Assembly: GCA_950097015.1 (NCBI GenBank) | Contig: CATNEN010000039.1 | Location: forward strand, 17,608,001 to 17,672,000 | DNA from: Macrostomum hystrix | Lineage: Eukaryota > Animalia > Platyhelminthes | Length of the DNA stretch: 64,000 nucleotides | Direction of reading: 5' to 3' | In this document: positions 62,776 to 64,000 of the stretch, piece after piece | How the letters are laid out: each line of letters opens with the position of its first letter | How positions within the stretch are numbered: position 1 is the stretch's first letter | Notes under the pieces: model-generated | Told to the model about the DNA's origin: nothing | Databases searched by the model: none | What the model saw: the letters and a program-made list of their open reading frames with translations, nothing else | Program-made: the position numbers and the translations under genes

Positions 62776-64000
62776 TCACGGTAGAGTAGACATGATGCTC
62801 TTCAGGTTGCTGTTCTTAGTCTTCTGCACTAGCAGGCAGAGTTTGGACATAGACACTCGCTGCTCAACTAGATGAGGCAGCGAGATCGGTATGCGATTAT
62901 AATCGATTTTATTCTCGAAGATGCCAATGCTGCTAGGAATGAGGTCTGATGCCAGGTGAACCAGGTAGCCATTCACATACAGACAGTTGCAAGCCGCGTC
63001 CTCAGGTAGTTGAATGATACGATAATTATATGTGGCCTTCCAGTTGATCTCCTTCAGCGTCTTCTGGGCGCTGGGATTCAAGCCGACAGCGATCACGTTG
63101 GCGCCGGCCATACAGACCAGATCCTTCAATGATGTGTGTCCAGCCTTCTTGGACTCCAGCGGGTGCACAGTCACGGTGGTGACGGGATACTCCGGGAAGG
63201 TCTTGGCGACACAGGTGGCGCCGGCTTCGTTTGTGTGCGGCGAGATGCCGACGATGATTTCTTTGCCTGCGGGAGCGCCGAGGATGCTCTTTAGCAGACT
63301 CTGGGCTTCTACTAGAGATGAGGCAGGGGAGAGATGAGGCAGGGGAGAGATGAGGCAGGGGAGAGATGAGGCAGGGGAGAGATCAGACAGGAAGAGATGA
63401 GTCATGGGAGAGTTGAGACATGGGAGAGATAAGACATGGGAGGGATGAGACACGGGAGAGATGAGACAACGGGGAGATGAGACAGGTAAGATGTGAGACA
63501 CGGGAGAGATGAAACAGGGGAGAGGTGAGACAGGGGAGAGGTGAGACAGGAGAGAGGTGAGACAGGGGAGAGATGAGACAGGGAAGAGGTGAGACACGGG
63601 AGAGATAAGACACGGGAGAGATGAGACGGGAGAGATAAGACACGGGAGAGATGAGACACTGGAGAGATGAGACACGGGAGGGATGAGACTGGGGAAAAAG
63701 GAGAGGCATTCGCTCGGGTCATAGTGTCGTAGTCAGTAACTTTGAGGGCTGTATGTATGGGCATTAGCTTATTTTTTCTATCAGTCACAGCAGGTAAAAG
63801 TTAAATTATTCTAACAAGTTTGTTACATCGATTAAAATGAAGTGTAAACTAATGATTACAAGAAAGTGCAAACAACGAATGAAAATGATCATTATTTATA
63901 CTAACTTTCCTACTTGTAAGTAGCAACAGTAGAACAATTTTTTTTGTTTAAGTTAATAAACAATAGCTCACCAGTGAAAAGTACATCGCTGCCCTCTAGC
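62776..64000 (-). CDS. DDAH: DDAH (dimethylarginine dimethylaminohydrolase)-like protein, 5'-partial; exons 64000-63972 and 63266-62776
   Basis: The spliced reading LEGSDVLFT|GKEIIVGISPHTNEAGA..TFPEYPVTTV..MAGANVIAVG..SAQKTLK..PEDAACNCLYVN parallels DDAH1 [55 protein letters not shown]. The intron is phase 1 (GTGAG...CGCAG). Confidence 0.9.
63314..63695. repeat. Intronic 15/16-bp polypurine minisatellite (GAGAGATGAGACAGGG)
   Basis: Tandem units inside the DDAH intron; reverse complement of the family at 44758-45210. Confidence 0.95.

Noticed and set aside
63267-63788. N-terminal SSLPCLISPV repeats of ORF 62776-63675 as part of DDAH
   Set aside because: They are intronic minisatellite. The true upstream exon (LEGSDVLFT) ends at 63972.
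35902-64000. Four co-oriented genes as a trans-spliced operon
   Set aside because: Acceptors just upstream of the ATGs are equally explained by 5' UTR introns. The gaps are 2.7-15 kb, and promoter-like motifs occur between genes. Spliced-leader reads would be needed.

Overview
This is eukaryotic (metazoan) genomic DNA, about 60% tandem repeat. The GC-rich exons, AT-rich spacers and minisatellite-filled introns resemble a free-living flatworm such as Macrostomum, but that assignment is an inference. Positions 3.9-35.0 kb are a single ~31 kb array of a 15-bp G/T-rich unit (GGCGGAGTGACTTTG). It has nested kb-scale higher-order duplications and starts right after an RNase H fragment of a non-LTR retrotransposon. 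Nearly all ORFs in the track there are repeat artefacts. Four host genes lie on the minus strand: (1) a single-coding-exon, highly divergent Vav-like protein (CH-DH-PH-C1, no SH3-SH2-SH3, GEF motifs eroded); (2) a 3-coding-exon synaptotagmin-17-like tandem C2 protein; (3) a 2-exon Tctex1-family dynein light chain; (4) the 3' part of a DDAH homolog that appears to have lost its catalytic Cys and probably His. A TATA-preceded 71-codon ORF with a GADD34-type PP1-docking motif lies at 2.25 kb. Mobile DNA includes a young 5'-truncated RTE-like LINE with a 14-bp TSD, a decayed Penelope GIY-YIG fragment, two copies of a tRNA-headed SINE, a MITE-like inverted repeat and a multi-hairpin element. Seven other minisatellite families are present, and several repeat units coincide with consensus transcription-factor sites. 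All protein assignments come from remembered family motifs, not database searches.
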